From positions 8,581,487-8,645,486 of the forward strand of contig OZ199840.1 in assembly GCA_964304625.1 (NCBI GenBank): a stretch of 64,000 nucleotides of DNA. The letters run 5' to 3'. Below, one piece after another: positions 1 to 13,577 of the stretch. The translations under genes were made by a program, and so were the position numbers. The notes beneath the pieces were generated by a model. The model did no database searches. It was given only the letters and a program-made list of their open reading frames with translations, and was not told where the DNA came from. The number at the start of each line of letters is the position of its first letter. Within the stretch, counting starts at the first letter, position 1. This DNA comes from Kudoa neothunni (lineage: Eukaryota > Animalia > Cnidaria).

Positions 1-1514
1 AATATGTGGGATGGTAGCTCATTATCCAAATAATTTTCTTCCCCACAGTGATGTCCAGAAACAGATTCACTTATCTTTCTTTATAGAAGAATCCGTTTCG
101 ACGATAAAGCAAATAGAATTTATCGGGTTCAAATTACAAATGACAAATTCGAACCTTGCTACCAAATTTTCAATCTATTTAATGAAAATTGCCTGAAATA
201 TTATTCACCAGGCACGCATATTACAATGGATGAAAGGTTAATAAGGTTTAGGGTAAATGTCCGTTTCGGGTATACATGAAAAGCAAGCCCGAACGATTCG
301 GGATCAAACTTTGGGTGGCTTCAGACGTAGAAACGTCATATCTATTGAACATTCAACCTTATACTGGGAAGATTGGTGGAACAAAGGAAATAAATCAGGC
401 TGAAAATGTTGTCACAAGACCTGTCTTCCCATTTTATAGAACTGGCCGAGGAGTGACTCTAGACAACTTTTTTACATCCATTTCTTTAGCCACGAATCTC
501 CTCAAAGAAAACCTGACATTTATAGGGACAATTAGTTCGAATAAATGCGATATACTCAAAGAATTCTTAAAATCGCCACGCCGAGAGGTTTTCTCCTGTC
601 TGTGCGGGTTTTCTGATGATCTTTCACTTACTTCCTATGTACCCAAAAAGAACTATGCGGTCAATATATTGTCTACCAAATTTCGTGACTCTTCAACAGA
701 AGACACATATGGAAAAAGACAAACGGTGATTCTTCAATATAACAAAACCAAAGGAGGTGTTGATAATGGGGACAAAATGACCCAGTCATACTCCTGTTCG
801 CGACCTACTCGTAGATGGCCACTCAAGATTTTCATGGAAATCATTTATATGGCTGCGTTGAACGCATATATTATTTAGATACAAAAAAATTCTGAGTGGA
901 AAAAAATGATAGTTGGAAGCAACAGAAATTTATTCGCGAGCTTGCCATAGAATTGGAAACACCCAATGTAGCACATCGTCATGAGAATTCTCATACTCTT
1001 CAATCCCACATAAAGTATGGTTTCCAATTTTTTGAAATCTCCACCAATAATGACGATTTGACGATATCTGTATCTGAATCAAATTCCACTCAACAATCAA
1101 AGAGAAATAGATGCCATTTTTGTCCTCGGAATAAGGATAAAAAATCCAGACTGAGATGTTTCAACTGTTTTAAATTTGTTTTTTTAAAACATAGAGTAAA
1201 AAGGAATATTATTTATTGTTTGGATTGCACCAATTCTTTGGAATATATCGTGTTAATATATTTTTTTCTTCGACATATGCTTGTAGGTTATAAATTATAC
1301 ACGAATTTTCATTAATAATTGAGTGCAGTGTGTAATTCATTTTACGATCTCTAATGCATTAACATTTATGACGTATACAATTTTAATATATTATAATAAA
1401 TTCTACCTAAGGCCAAATGGATTTGCAATTTTTGAATTTACACACAGTCATGCCATTCGGGATAAAAAATATCGGTCTGTTGAAAAAACAAATAAAATTA
1501 ACCTCGCTATAGAG

Positions 1515-4170
1515 CAGGGTTTTCCTAAACGGGGTGCATGAGGTAATTGTTGGGGGTGCGGGAGCACCCTATGATGAATTAAGAATTTAAGCCTGACTGT
1601 ATGACTGAAAGAAAAATTTGAGTTCAGAAATTCAGTTTGAAGCTACCGTATTTAATTAAATATAATATAATTGGATATTATGCTAGTGAAATAATCTAAT
1701 AATAACAGATTTTATATAGTGCACTTTCCATTAAAATCATTCTATCTTTTAAAATCATATTAATTTATAATTCAGAAATCATTACTTATTTGCCAAAAAC
1801 TCATTAATTATTAATAAAATACCGTCAACTTGTATCTTGGATTATGAAGACGTTAACAGATTTCAACTTAATGCTGTGTATTTAATGAGTGAATTAACAT
1901 CGCCCACGCATCATCATGGTTGCTTCCCGAAAGGTTAGAAAATGGAATGAGGATTATACTCGGTATGGCTTCACAAGAGTTACCATTGAAGGAATTGACC
2001 GCCCTCGTTGTATTCTTTGCAACTCAACATTGTCCAATGCTAACCTAAAACCATCAAAGCTCGGTGAACATTTTCAAGCTATTCATGGTGGTAGTTTAAA
2101 AACTGGAAACGATTTCGATTCGCTGAAAGCCAAAAGAACCCGATACGACATGAAAGGAACACTTTCGAGTTATGGATTTGTTAATGAGGAGAAACCTTTA
2201 CTTTTGGCTTCCTTCAACGTTGCCTATGAAATTGCGAAAAAGAAAACAGCCCATACAATCGCGGAGGATCTGATAAAAATTTGCATTGCTGAATCTACAA
2301 AAATTATATTGGGTGAAGAGGCTGCAAAAAAACTTTAAAGGATCCCTATGTCCAGCAATGTTGTAAGGAACAGAATAGATGCCATTGGTGCTGATATTCT
2401 TGGCTAACTTATTTCTGATATCAAAGAATCTCCTCTGAAGATATCGATTCAACTGGATGAATCGACGGATGTAGACAATTGCAGTCAGCTAATAGCGTTT
2501 GTTCGTTTCGTTAAAGAAAACATCATTCGTGAAGAATTTCTTTTTTGCAAGCCTCTGAACACAACAACAACTGCCGAGGATATATTTAATGTAATAAAGT
2601 CTTTTTTTAATAATATGGAGATTCCATTAACTATTATTGGATCAATTTGTACGGATGGTGCTCCTGCGATGCTGGGTGTTAAATCTGGACTCGTTGCTCT
2701 CATGAGAAAGGAAGTGCCTGATGTAATGGTCATGCATTGTATCCTACACCGCCAGGCCTTAATGTCAAAGACTTTGCCAGGACCTCTAAAAGACGTCATG
2801 GATGTATGTGTTAAAATAATTAATTTTATTCACTCAAGGGTACTGAATCACCGTTTGTTTAAGGCGTTTTGCAATGAACTTGGCAGTGAATTCTCAGTTT
2901 TATTATTTCATACAGAAGTAAGATGGCTTTCTCGCGGTAAAGTCTTGGCTAGATTATTCACCTTAAGAAAGGAAGTTGGAAAATTCTTAAGAATGCAAAA
3001 ATCCAACCTTGCTAACGTTATGGAGAACCCTACTTTTTCAATAATACTGACATACTTGGCAGATATATTTCAACATCTGAACGATTTAAATTGTTCAATT
3101 CAAGGGAAGGGAGTTAACATGGTGATAGCTTCTGAGAAATTGCGAGATTTCAGGAAAAAACTAATCTTATGGTATTCGAGAGTAGAAAGTGGAAATCTTG
3201 CTAATTTTCCTTTACTGGACGAACTTCTCCAAGATAAACAACACTTCCATTGTAGGCAAGATATCATGAATAATGCCATGTACCACATAAATAAATTGAG
3301 ACTATCCTTTGATGGTTATTATTCTCCCGGCCATTTACAAGATTCTGATATTTGGCTTGTTGATCCATTTTCATTTAATGTTAATAATATGAATAATGAT
3401 ACTGAGGAATTAATAGATTTGCAAGAAAATTACACAATGAAGTTGAGGTACCATGAAAATTCACTTGAGAACTTTTGATGCAATGTCCAAATGCAGTTAC
3501 CCGTCCCTTGCAAAAAGAGCATTAAAAATTCTTATCCCATTCGCGACGACCTGGTTGTGCGAGTCTGGATTTTCATCTTTGTTGTATTTAAAAAATAAAT
3601 ATAGAGATTTACTGAACCCAGAAAATGATTTACGCATCGCATTGACAAATGTGGAACCGCGATTTAAATAATTAGTGAAAGAACGCCGAGAGAGGGAAAG
3701 CCGATAAATCAAAATTAAACTCAATAGTTTCTAAATGTTTTATCATTTTTTTGAATCTTGGTCTCTTACATGCTTATTAAAGTGACTGAATTTGATATCA
3801 AACATAATATATATATATATATATATTAACTAGATATCTGATTATACGCAATATTTTATTAATTGTTTTATAAAATAAAAATGCTATAATTTTTGGCTTT
3901 CTTTTTAAAATGTATGATTATTATAGGAATGCTTTATTTAATTTTATTCATAAAGTAGTAGCGATTCATCGACTAAACTCACGAAAATTATTTTAGTATA
4001 TTTCTTTAAAAATTACAAAGTCAAAATGCATTATTTGGAATATAAACTTAAAGTAAAAAAAGGAAACACAAATTTACCATTAATATTTTTATAAATATTA
4101 GCATAGGGGTGCGAGAGTGAACTTGATAATCGTTTGGGGGTGCGGTGGAAAAAATAAAAGGGAAACGCTG
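1515..4170 (+). mobile_element. Buster/Charlie-type hAT transposon
   Basis: Exact 8-bp TSD CTATAGAG at 1507-1514 and 4171-4178, with the central TA typical of Buster elements. Imperfect TIRs CAGGGTTTTCC and (reverse complement) CAGCGTTTCCC. GGGGTGC subterminal repeats at both ends. Confidence 0.92.
1916..3671 (+). pseudogene. hAT (Buster) transposase pseudogene
   Basis: BED finger (CILC...H...H), IQLDESTD, CTDGAPAM, HCILHR, HTEVRWLS and PFATTWLCESGFS motifs. In-frame TAA stops at ~2336 and ~2405, and a TGA plus frameshift near 3476. Confidence 0.9.
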
Positions 4171-5647
4171 CTATAGAGGAATGAATGATTTTTTTACAAA
4201 ATAATTCTCTACTTTGAGAAATTGTACCAAATATGACTCGTAAAATTAAAAAAGTATCTACGTAAAAATAGTTATACTAATTTCCGTTTTCGTTACTATT
4301 TTGCGAATTTCAAAAATAATAAAATAATGACAAGGCGAAAGTGAATTTGTTGTACATATAAATATTAAAAATAATTACGAAAAAATATGAAAGATATGTT
4401 GACTATTATCTTTGGTGTATTAAACAGTAATGCTCAAATAATGCAATCTGAAGCCACAATGTCATTCATTGGTTAAAAATATTATCAATTTATGTATTAT
4501 CCCATGGAGGTAGCTGTTGACACGATAAATAATATTTGAAGGTCATTAATTTTGGCTATATTTAATTATTTTTATCCCACCGCTTAGCTTTTAACGGCTA
4601 AGAATAATTAAATAGAGCAGATTCAAAACGATTAAATCTGTACAAAGCTTGTGAGTAAGAGTCGCTGAGATTAAAAATTTATATTGAGTAAGCGTACATG
4701 CCGTTTATGACTTAATTTTATCGTGTCTATAGCGTCTGCCTAATAAAATTTAGGAAATAATATAGATCAGTATTGGATAATAGAAGCCTTCGCTCATATG
4801 CCTTAATGATTGATCAATGCGGCTATGACATCAATCAATCATTATTACGGTTTCACCGACTTATACCAAAAAGCGATGAATATTTAGTTGTTGCGATAGT
4901 CATGATTTTTTCTAATTATTCATAATTTTTCGATCATTAGTCTTCCAAATATCCTGTTTCGGTATAAAACTGATAATGTTCGCTATTTATGTTACATTTT
5001 GATGCATTTGTATCATTGTTCGCGCAATGTTTTTCGTCATGAACAAATGATTTATGTATAGATCAAATAATAAAAACTCATTTTATTGGGCATGAGTTAT
5101 CATATTTGTGTCTAATTTTTGGTGAAATAGTTTTTAGCAGATTGAAAAATTTTAAGGGGTATTTCGGCTTGGGTACGTTAATGACCTCAGTTGGTCACCC
5201 GTGTTCTGTTATCGTAGTTGATACAGGAAGGGTTAATGTATCGCGATTATTTGATGATGCATTAATTTTAATGAAATAGACAATGTTACGTAAAAGGTTG
5301 AGTCTGTTCTGACTTTAAAGATTAAATCATTTTCAAATAATAAGAATTTCCTTATTAAGTATTTTACGATAATTTTTTCCAATAAAATCAAGCTCAAGAT
5401 ATTAATATTTTTATCTGGAAATTCACTAACATAAGTTGATCAGATTCCAAATTAATAAAAACTATAATTACCGTTAGAGTCACAAAAAACTAATTCAAAA
5501 TCAATATAAAATGGAGATAAACCTTGTGAAATCACATAATTAAAAAAAATCAATCCAACTAATGACTTAAAATATCAAATAATGCTACGTGATCGAATAA
5601 TTTCTATCATAAATGTTACCTATAAACTATAATTAACGAAAATTAGC

Positions 5648-8641
5648 TTAATCTTTTTTCTTCTTCAGTACCACGATTCCAACCATCGCTACGACCACAA
5701 CCACAACAACGCACGTAATAATGATTCTATAAAACGGTTAGTTCAAATATCGGCAATTATAAATGTTTACATAAGTTTGGTTTTATCCCTAAAAAATATC
5801 AAATTCAATAAAAAAATATTACTAAGCTCACCCTGAACTACTCTTTGCTCCTACGATATATAACATTAAATTACACTGTGAACAAATAATATACCTTGTT
5901 GTATGTCAGCACCACCAAAAATCGTATCATCTTGAGCACTGTAAACAGTCAAATAATAGTTATTTCCATCAGGTAAATCATTTATTTTGAATTCTTTACA
6001 GGTCTCAATAGCAGCACAACCGTCGACGTTTCTTCCCATGCAAGATTTTACTACTGCATTAGATTTGACACTACTGTTACGTAACTCCCATTTGCATTTT
6101 GATCTATCATTCATACTGGCTGGATATGTTGTGGTTACAATGAAACTGTTCCCATCACGTGTAATGACGACTGATATCAATTTTGAGGAGTCTGTTGGGT
6201 TTACTTTTGGTGCACCTTATGTAAGTTTCGTTTAAGAAATTTTTAATAGTGACATTAATTAAATCATTAATTGTAGTACTTGATTCTATGATATGCTCTT
6301 TTTGTGAAGATTTTCCGATAGCCGTGACTAAGATTTTGTATGTGCTTGTTGCTTCATACTCGGGGAATTTTATGGAACTGCAGAGCGGATTTGATGAACA
6401 TGTGCTTGCGCTGTTAGCGGCACCAGAAAGCTGTGTATTTGAAGTACCTTGGACTGAAGATTTTGCTGATGGCATTAGACTATCATCTGCCACCATTGGC
6501 ACAGAAATTCTAGCTATGCTGAGATCCGCAGAGCTTAACCTGGAAGGAGATGTTGAAGCGGGTGCTGGTCCTGGCACTGGTGCTACTGGGGCGGCAGCTG
6601 ATGTCGTAATTTTCGGTACCTCTGGACATGTGTAATAATTTGTATAATCTTGGCCAGTCTTCTTTTGTACGATATAACTGCAAGTTGCACTTGGATCCAC
6701 GGAATTTAATCGTGCCCTCAATGACAGGCCATCCAACGTGATCTTATGTGTTATCGTTAATGTTGTTAATGCTAATAAACAATTAAAGAGTAAATTATAA
6801 CTTCAATAACCTGTTCGTATATTTTTGTAATCTTTTATGCCGTAATCTTTATGTGCGATCACTCTAATGTCATAAGATGTGTTTGGCTCAAGGTCTTCTA
6901 TCGTAACTTGTTCACTGCAAATTCCTCTACACGGAGTGTTGCCATTGCATTTCGCTTGGTAAAAGCTGTCCAATCCAGCCGGACTTACCAAATACTCACA
7001 GGTAGGTTCATCTTTCATATTTTGAGCTGAAGTTACGGCCATAGGTGTAAGAGAGACTGTTGTGTCTGTCTTCGTAGGATCGGTAGTTCCATATTCTTTG
7101 TTTGCTCCCTTTACTATATAGATCATTATTTTACAAAATAAACATACTGATTTACTTGTTCTTATAAATATCTGCTCTTTAAAATTATCTGGATCACCAA
7201 TGCCTTGAGTTGTAATTTCAATCATGTAAGCTTTTCCCGCTGTCAATCCCTGGATCACCAGTTTTGTTGTGCAATCAGTTTTGCACTTACCACTATTATT
7301 ATTACTCTCAGTGTTGCATGTTGTCTCTGTTAGGGTAACTGGTTTGATTTTGTCTGCCAAGTAGGGTTTAAGAGTACACTCAGTCATTGAAGCAGAGCCT
7401 TTTTTTAATTGTGGACCATCAAACGTCACACCAAGATCGGTATAAGCTGAAAGCAAACCTTCATCTGATTCAGGAATGACTAATGAAAATAAGAAATGCG
7501 CATTAATTTAAGAACTACCCAATTTAGTTTGTGTGTAACCATCCAAACTCTCACCGGTAGCCTTTATGTTATGATGTCTGGTTTGGATTAAAATATCGTA
7601 AATTTTTTTACTTGCAATGCCGTTGAGTTCGACGTACTTACAAGGGGCGTAACAACTCTTATCGGTTACACCACAAACTGAAGTATATGGTTCACTTTTT
7701 GCTGCGTTCAAACCATCTTTTAGGCTGAACAAGCACATTTCCGACGAGGGGGAATTGGTGAATTTAATTCCCACTTTGTCGTTATCTTTGGCAACAATAT
7801 AAAACTGAGGCTGATAAATACCTATGTTTTTCTTCATATATTGATTGGGCATATTGTAAAAGAAACTGGGATATTTTTCGCACCTTACTTCGTAATACGG
7901 TAACAATAGATCAAAATCAACTTTCTTAATGTTTTCAGCATTACAAGTGCTCACACCGGTAGTTTCTGTATATTTAATATCTTTATAATAAATGTGGCAA
8001 TCTACAGGTGCACAAGTTTTTGCACCGAATTTCAGCTTATTACTGTCGGTAGTGTCGGTGGACACGGTAATTTGTGGATTAGCCAATAATGCTAAATTTT
8101 ATTGATTATTATATTAAATTTAATTTACTTACGTATTGAATATCCGAACACTTTTGATCCCGCGCCTTGAGTTTTTTCTTTGACGGCGTCTGTGTCAGCG
8201 CCTACGTAGACGAATATATATTTGGTTCTTGGTGAGAGTTTTTCATAGGTTATTTTGTTCACATTAGAATTACAATCGACAACACATTTACCAGTAGCTT
8301 TATCATTGTCATTAGCGGAACAGTTGGTGATATCCATAAACGTGGTTGCTGTTTCAACCTCGTTAGATCGCATTAAATGGCACTTTTTGCTTTCTGAATA
8401 GTCAGTGCCATCAAGATTGATTTTAATTTGGTCTTCTTCATTATCTGAACCTTTCACAATCTGGTATTTCATCGTCTTTGTTGGAGGTGCAGGTGCAGGT
8501 GTAACTGGAGATGCAGCCGGAGGACTTAGTGGTCCACCAGCATTGGTTGTGCTTGATATCAAAATACCTAAACATACATTAGCATTAAAATTAACTCAAG
8601 AAGATACCTAAAGCAAAGTAGAGAGATCCAGCTATTTTCAT
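5648..8641 (-). CDS. Type I membrane/surface protein with seven Cys-rich fibronectin-III-like modules (11 exons)
   Basis: Splices with GT-AG introns of ~39-64 nt into one frame. Signal peptide MKIAGSLYFALGILISSTTNA; modules ending in FN3-like strands (IEDLEPNTSYDIRVIA, IQGLTAGKAYMIEIT, YEKLSPRTKYIFVY, INDLPDGNNYYLTVYSA); TM IIIITCVVVVVVVAMVGIVVL; tail KKKKD; stop at 5648-5650. Confidence 0.85.
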
Positions 8642-9144
8642 GGTTGACAATTAAATGAACTACCAATTGATCGTTCGGAATACAATTGACCCGAATTTCG
8701 CTCATTTGTGGATATAATGATCCATTCATTGTCAGACAGAAAAACTTAGACTAGATAATAATTATTTAAGTTATAAAAAAATAATCTAAACCAATTTTTC
8801 ACCATCTAGTTCAAATCAGTGTGGTAAATTAATTATGACTTTTAATGGAACTATAAGTCACTCCATGATACATTATTTTTTTAGGATAAAATCAAAGTTA
8901 AATATTAAGCCATGAAAAATAATGGTAATACTATTTATTATAGAGTATTTAATATTAACGCTAATGCCCATCTTTTCCTGATATTATGTGATGGAAAATT
9001 TTAACTTTAATTTCATATTTGAATAGAAAAATTCTACGGAACATTTAATCTAATTAGCAGGCTAAACCCTGTAAATTTTATTTTTCTATTTTAATTGATG
9101 CATTTCGAAGCTTTTCATTATTTTTGCAATATGATGATACAGAT

Positions 9145-9999
9145 TAAGGGTCTCCAAAATGATCGATACGTGTTATAAAGATTCCACAGAATTTTATGGA
9201 CTTTGAGGTAATGCTTCCCATCTTCCTAGTTCATATTACATTATTTAATTCAACGTTTTTCATTTATGTAGAGATACTTTGTAGCTCATAAAAACTAATG
9301 AATAGATTGGCTTTATTTTTCTTAAATATTAATGATCAACAGTACTCATTGTTATTAACAATTTATAAAACAACCATGATAGTTTATATTAAGTTTATAA
9401 TAAACTTAGAAGGATAAATATAATTTTTAAAATTGATTTGAATCGTAATTACAAAAGCTACGAAAATAAACATAATAATCTGAAAGTGTTGTTTGAACCC
9501 CTGTCGACACTTCAAAAACTCTTCAAGCGCCCCCAAGCTAAGGAACATAGTCTTAGGGTAAAGATTAAAATATTCTTATTAACTTTTATAGGCAGCTATG
9601 AATAAATATTAACTTTTCTATATATGTGTGATTTAATCTTAGAATCTGTCGTTGTATTAATATGCGTGCAAAAGTATGTAACTATAATCGTATACAAGCG
9701 ATCTAACTTGGTAAGTCAATTGAATATGATTTATGATGAATAATAGATTCATTGTGGTAAATTTACGAATATATTTGTTTTTTGCCATGACTTAATTATA
9801 AATACCTGGGTAAGTCAACAAACTTCAAAATTTTTCTAATATATTTTGATGTTACATCGTTAATAAAAGCTTTTTTGGAGGGTTAATATAATTTTGCATT
9901 GTATTATGTATTGGAAATAGAATATTAATGGGGTATATTGCACATATTTTTAATAAAATCTCCGAAAAGGTTCGACGAAAAAAAGTTTGGAGACCCCTG
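9145..9999. mobile_element. Non-autonomous Buster-type hAT element (MITE)
   Basis: TIRs TAAGGGTCTCCAAA and (reverse complement) CAGGGGTCTCCAAA. Near-identical 8-bp TSD ATACAGAT (9137-9144) / ATATAGAT (10000-10007). Confidence 0.7.
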
Positions 10000-10826
10000 A
10001 TATAGATAAGCAAAATTGTACGCACACTTTCCATTCGAATATAAATAGAGGTATTGATAGAAATTAATGAGTATTTTTAAGTTTATTTAACAAATTGTTG
10101 ACCAAAAATATAACGACCTTAATTTTATGAGCAATATAATTAAAGATTATAGTTCATTTATTTACTAAACAAAATCATTAAGTACCTTAAATAGGACTTT
10201 TAGTTCTTTTAAAAATCATACAATAAAAATTAATCCTCCTAGTTATAAAATTTATTATTAGTCCAAAAACGTTAAAAAAATAAAATCGATCTAAAATGCG
10301 TCAGAAATAAAAATATTAATCATTACTCCTTTTTTCAATTATATAAAGGATGTTAATGATGTTTTAAATAGCTGTGAGTGTTAACTTACGTATTCATTAT
10401 TTCAACATAATTTCCTGATTTTTAAATAAATGAGACCGTTCTTTTAAACAATAATACTTACTGGTTCAAAAATATAAAAATTTAATTATCAAACTACGAT
10501 TAAATCTAAAATGTAAAGGTGTTTTGTGGTTGAAAAACTAGATTACTGCTTAAATATTAACCAGTTTTCTCGAAGGAATAACCCTTTAAAAAAACTTACT
10601 GTTTGTTTGTCCTAAAAAAATTTCTTTGTATTGAACTATTCGTAGATTAACAAAAACTATGTGGAAATATCGGTTAGACCGAAGAGACCAATAATTTCTT
10701 ATTAACTTACATGACACGATTGAGAGTGAGCTGCGTTTTGTGCAAAAGTAATCGTGAAGATAAATTCTTAAACTACGTACAGAATACGGTATCGCATATT
10801 TACATGAAGCTTTTTTAGTAATGAGG

Positions 10827-12380
10827 GAGTATACGCCTCATCAAATTTAGCCTTTTCCGCATGCTTGAAAGTCCCGATTTTATTCAAAACTTGTTTTACA
10901 TTATTGTTAAATATTGAGTGAACAGAAAAAACTCAAAAATCATTGCCTTAAAAAATATGACAACATCCGTCCCTCGGGCTAAACAGCACGCGTGCACGTT
11001 TGTGCGCATTTTTGTTTTCCGTTGTTTTCAGCTTTAATCGAACATTTAAACAACGTTTATACAACTAGTTTCGTTTAAATTGGACAATAATGACCATATT
11101 ATAAATTTTCGAATACAATTAAAATTGACCCCGTTGATCATTTTTATTTTTTTGATTTATCGGTGTTTCAACGCCAGTAGATTACTTTCTGCGTTATATT
11201 CATTACCAATAATATATGCTAGAATATATTATGTGTAGAACTCCTATTCCCGTGCAGCTATTTCATCAAACCATACAATTTAACCGATCGAATAAAACAT
11301 TTTGAGAGATATGATGTTTTTTAACTTTATTAAGCAGATTTGCAGAAATTATTTGTTCAGCGTTAAAGTTTATTAATAAGTATCAAAGTTGAGGGAAGGT
11401 ATTGTTAAAAATAACTGTTCATTTGGTATAAATGATTAAGCGTAAATAATTTTGTTGAGCATGGAAAAAGTAATTACATCACGAAGTAGAAATTAAAATT
11501 TACAATAATGTATATATTGACATGTAATTTCAGTCGTATAAATGATTCAAAAATTAATATTACCACATCGTATTAAATCTATGTAGCAACTGTATAATGA
11601 ACCATTTTGATTATGTTTTTAATATTTATTCATTTTTTCCATCTGATAACATTAATTTATTGTTTAACATATATTGAAATTTATGAATTAAAAATAGTAC
11701 AACATATTCTCTTTTATAATTTCATATTGAATAATATTACTAAAGTGATACTAGGAATAATGTATTTGGTAGACATAATTATAACATTCGATATCTAAGG
11801 GTGTCTTTTATCTCTAAAATTAAAAAAATGTAATTATTTGATATTAATAATTTAGAAAAAATAATTTCTAACATAAAAGTCCAACAAAAATAACAATAAA
11901 AGAAACATATAATCACATGCTATTGTATTTTCATGATCATTTCATCAATAACCATTATCAAGATATAAAAAAAATATATAAACTAAAACTAATTTCTTGA
12001 AATTTCACAGTAAATTTTTTATTTTAGGATTTGAAATCTAACATATACGAATTGCATTTGCTTCCTATAACCTTTTAAGTATACACAGCAAAACAATAAT
12101 AGGCTGTTTTACATTGATTAAAAAATAATAAAAAGAACCTTGTTGTATAAAAGTTGTTTAAATGTTCGATTAAAGCTGAAAACAACGGAAAACCAAAATG
12201 CGTATAAGCGTGCGCGCGTGCTGTTTAGCCCGAAGGACGGATGTTTTCATATTTTTTAAGGCAATGATTTTTGAGTTTTTTCTGTTCAATCAATATTTAA
12301 AAATAATGTAAAACAAGTTTTGAATAAAATCGGGACTTTCAAGCATGCGGAAAAGGCAAAATTTGATGAGGCGTATACTC
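10827..12380. mobile_element. Foldback / long-TIR non-autonomous DNA element
   Basis: Highly similar inverted arms of ~240 bp at 10827-11065 and 12142-12380 (GAGTATACGCCTCATCAAATTT...), enclosing an AT-rich non-coding centre. No clear TSD. Confidence 0.8.
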
Positions 12381-13577
12381 TCCCATTTCCGCCTTTTTAT
12401 CTTAATGAATTAATGCGAGCCCAAAGAAAACAGTATATTGATTTGAATATTAACCTTAAGGTGTGGGGGTAGGGAATAATTAGATAACTAAGAATTTAAA
12501 CATTATTTAAAAAACTACCTCATCAAATGTAGAAACTTATCGTATTAGCTATGACAGCTGTTTTGCAAGAAAGTTTAGGTAAACCAAAAATCGAGTAATT
12601 GCTTATCGAAAGACGAATATTGTTTTAATCTCAATCGATATATTTATAAAAAGAAATTTTACATCACAAAAATACCACTGGAGTATAATTTTTATTTAAA
12701 AAATTATCACAAAAATTTAACTATTTGAAAACTCTGCATACATTTTAAATAATTTTTAGAATGCGTATAGAGACCCGAATTTTTCCAACGTGACAAAAAC
12801 TTGTAATCTCAAATTATGCGTTTTATTTAAAATGATCATAATTTTTTCGCTTAACTATATCCATAACGTTTGAAAAATGAAAATATATCCTAAATAATTT
12901 GGATATGCTTAAAATTTTAAGGGAAATACAACAACTCTTGTAAATGTGACGTTATTAGTTTTATTTATCTTAAAATTACACCGAACAGGCATATGTAACA
13001 TTTCTAAAACATTATGCATCATAATTAGTAGATTCACTTTGTATGCAGTGAGTAAAAGTTGGTTCGAATTGGCAATTAATCTGAAGTAAACAACCAGAAA
13101 ATTCCTTACTTCTGACAGTGGTATGGATTATATTTATACTTCTAAGTAAATGAACGATTTTTATTAATGGTGTCATCTATTCAAATTCAAACTAAAAACT
13201 GTATTTAAAAAAAGTTTCTCCATGACACATGCATACTGCAGAAGACACATGCTGACAGACAAAAACTTTATGTATATATTCTATCACGAACTGTCCAGCG
13301 TTGCTTTGGGAAGATTTCGCATAGATACGCATCTTAATAAAATTCACATAATGTATTGAAATTTCGACTTTTTCTATAGATTCAATCAAACTAAAAAATT
13401 TTTTACGCACTATATTTAACGACTGTGAATATGAAGTTTTTATTATGATCATTTCTGTGAAGGAGTGTACCAATCCCGACGTTCATTTAAAAATTTCTGG
13501 ATCTGGCACCAAAACTAAATAACTTAACGTCAGTGTCGTGTTTAATTTGCATCCCCGAATTATTTAAATTCCCTTAA

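Larger units (their letters stand above)
1..5232 (+). mobile_element. piggyBac DNA transposon, 5' end outside the window; decayed transposase at ~1-1315; interrupted by a hAT insertion
   Basis: ORFs 276-878 and 896-1315 carry piggyBac motifs (KPERFGIKLW, TLDNFFTS, YNKTKGGVD, RRWP) and a C-terminal Cys-rich domain (CHFC...CFNC...H), broken by stops and frameshifts. A candidate right end ...CAGGAAGGG ends at 5232, followed by TTAA (5233-5236). Confidence 0.8.

Noticed and set aside
2336-2407. Two in-frame TAA codons in the hAT transposase, suggesting TAA reassignment
   Set aside because: Host genes in the window terminate with TAA (surface protein, thiolase, RECQL5, ALKBH7), so these are ordinary nonsense mutations in a dead element.
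6249-6635. Antisense or shadow ORFs (e.g. 6249-6635, 2485-2799, 14450-14701, 50225-50638, 50431-50805)
   Set aside because: They overlap well-supported genes on the other strand or frame and show no recognisable motifs.
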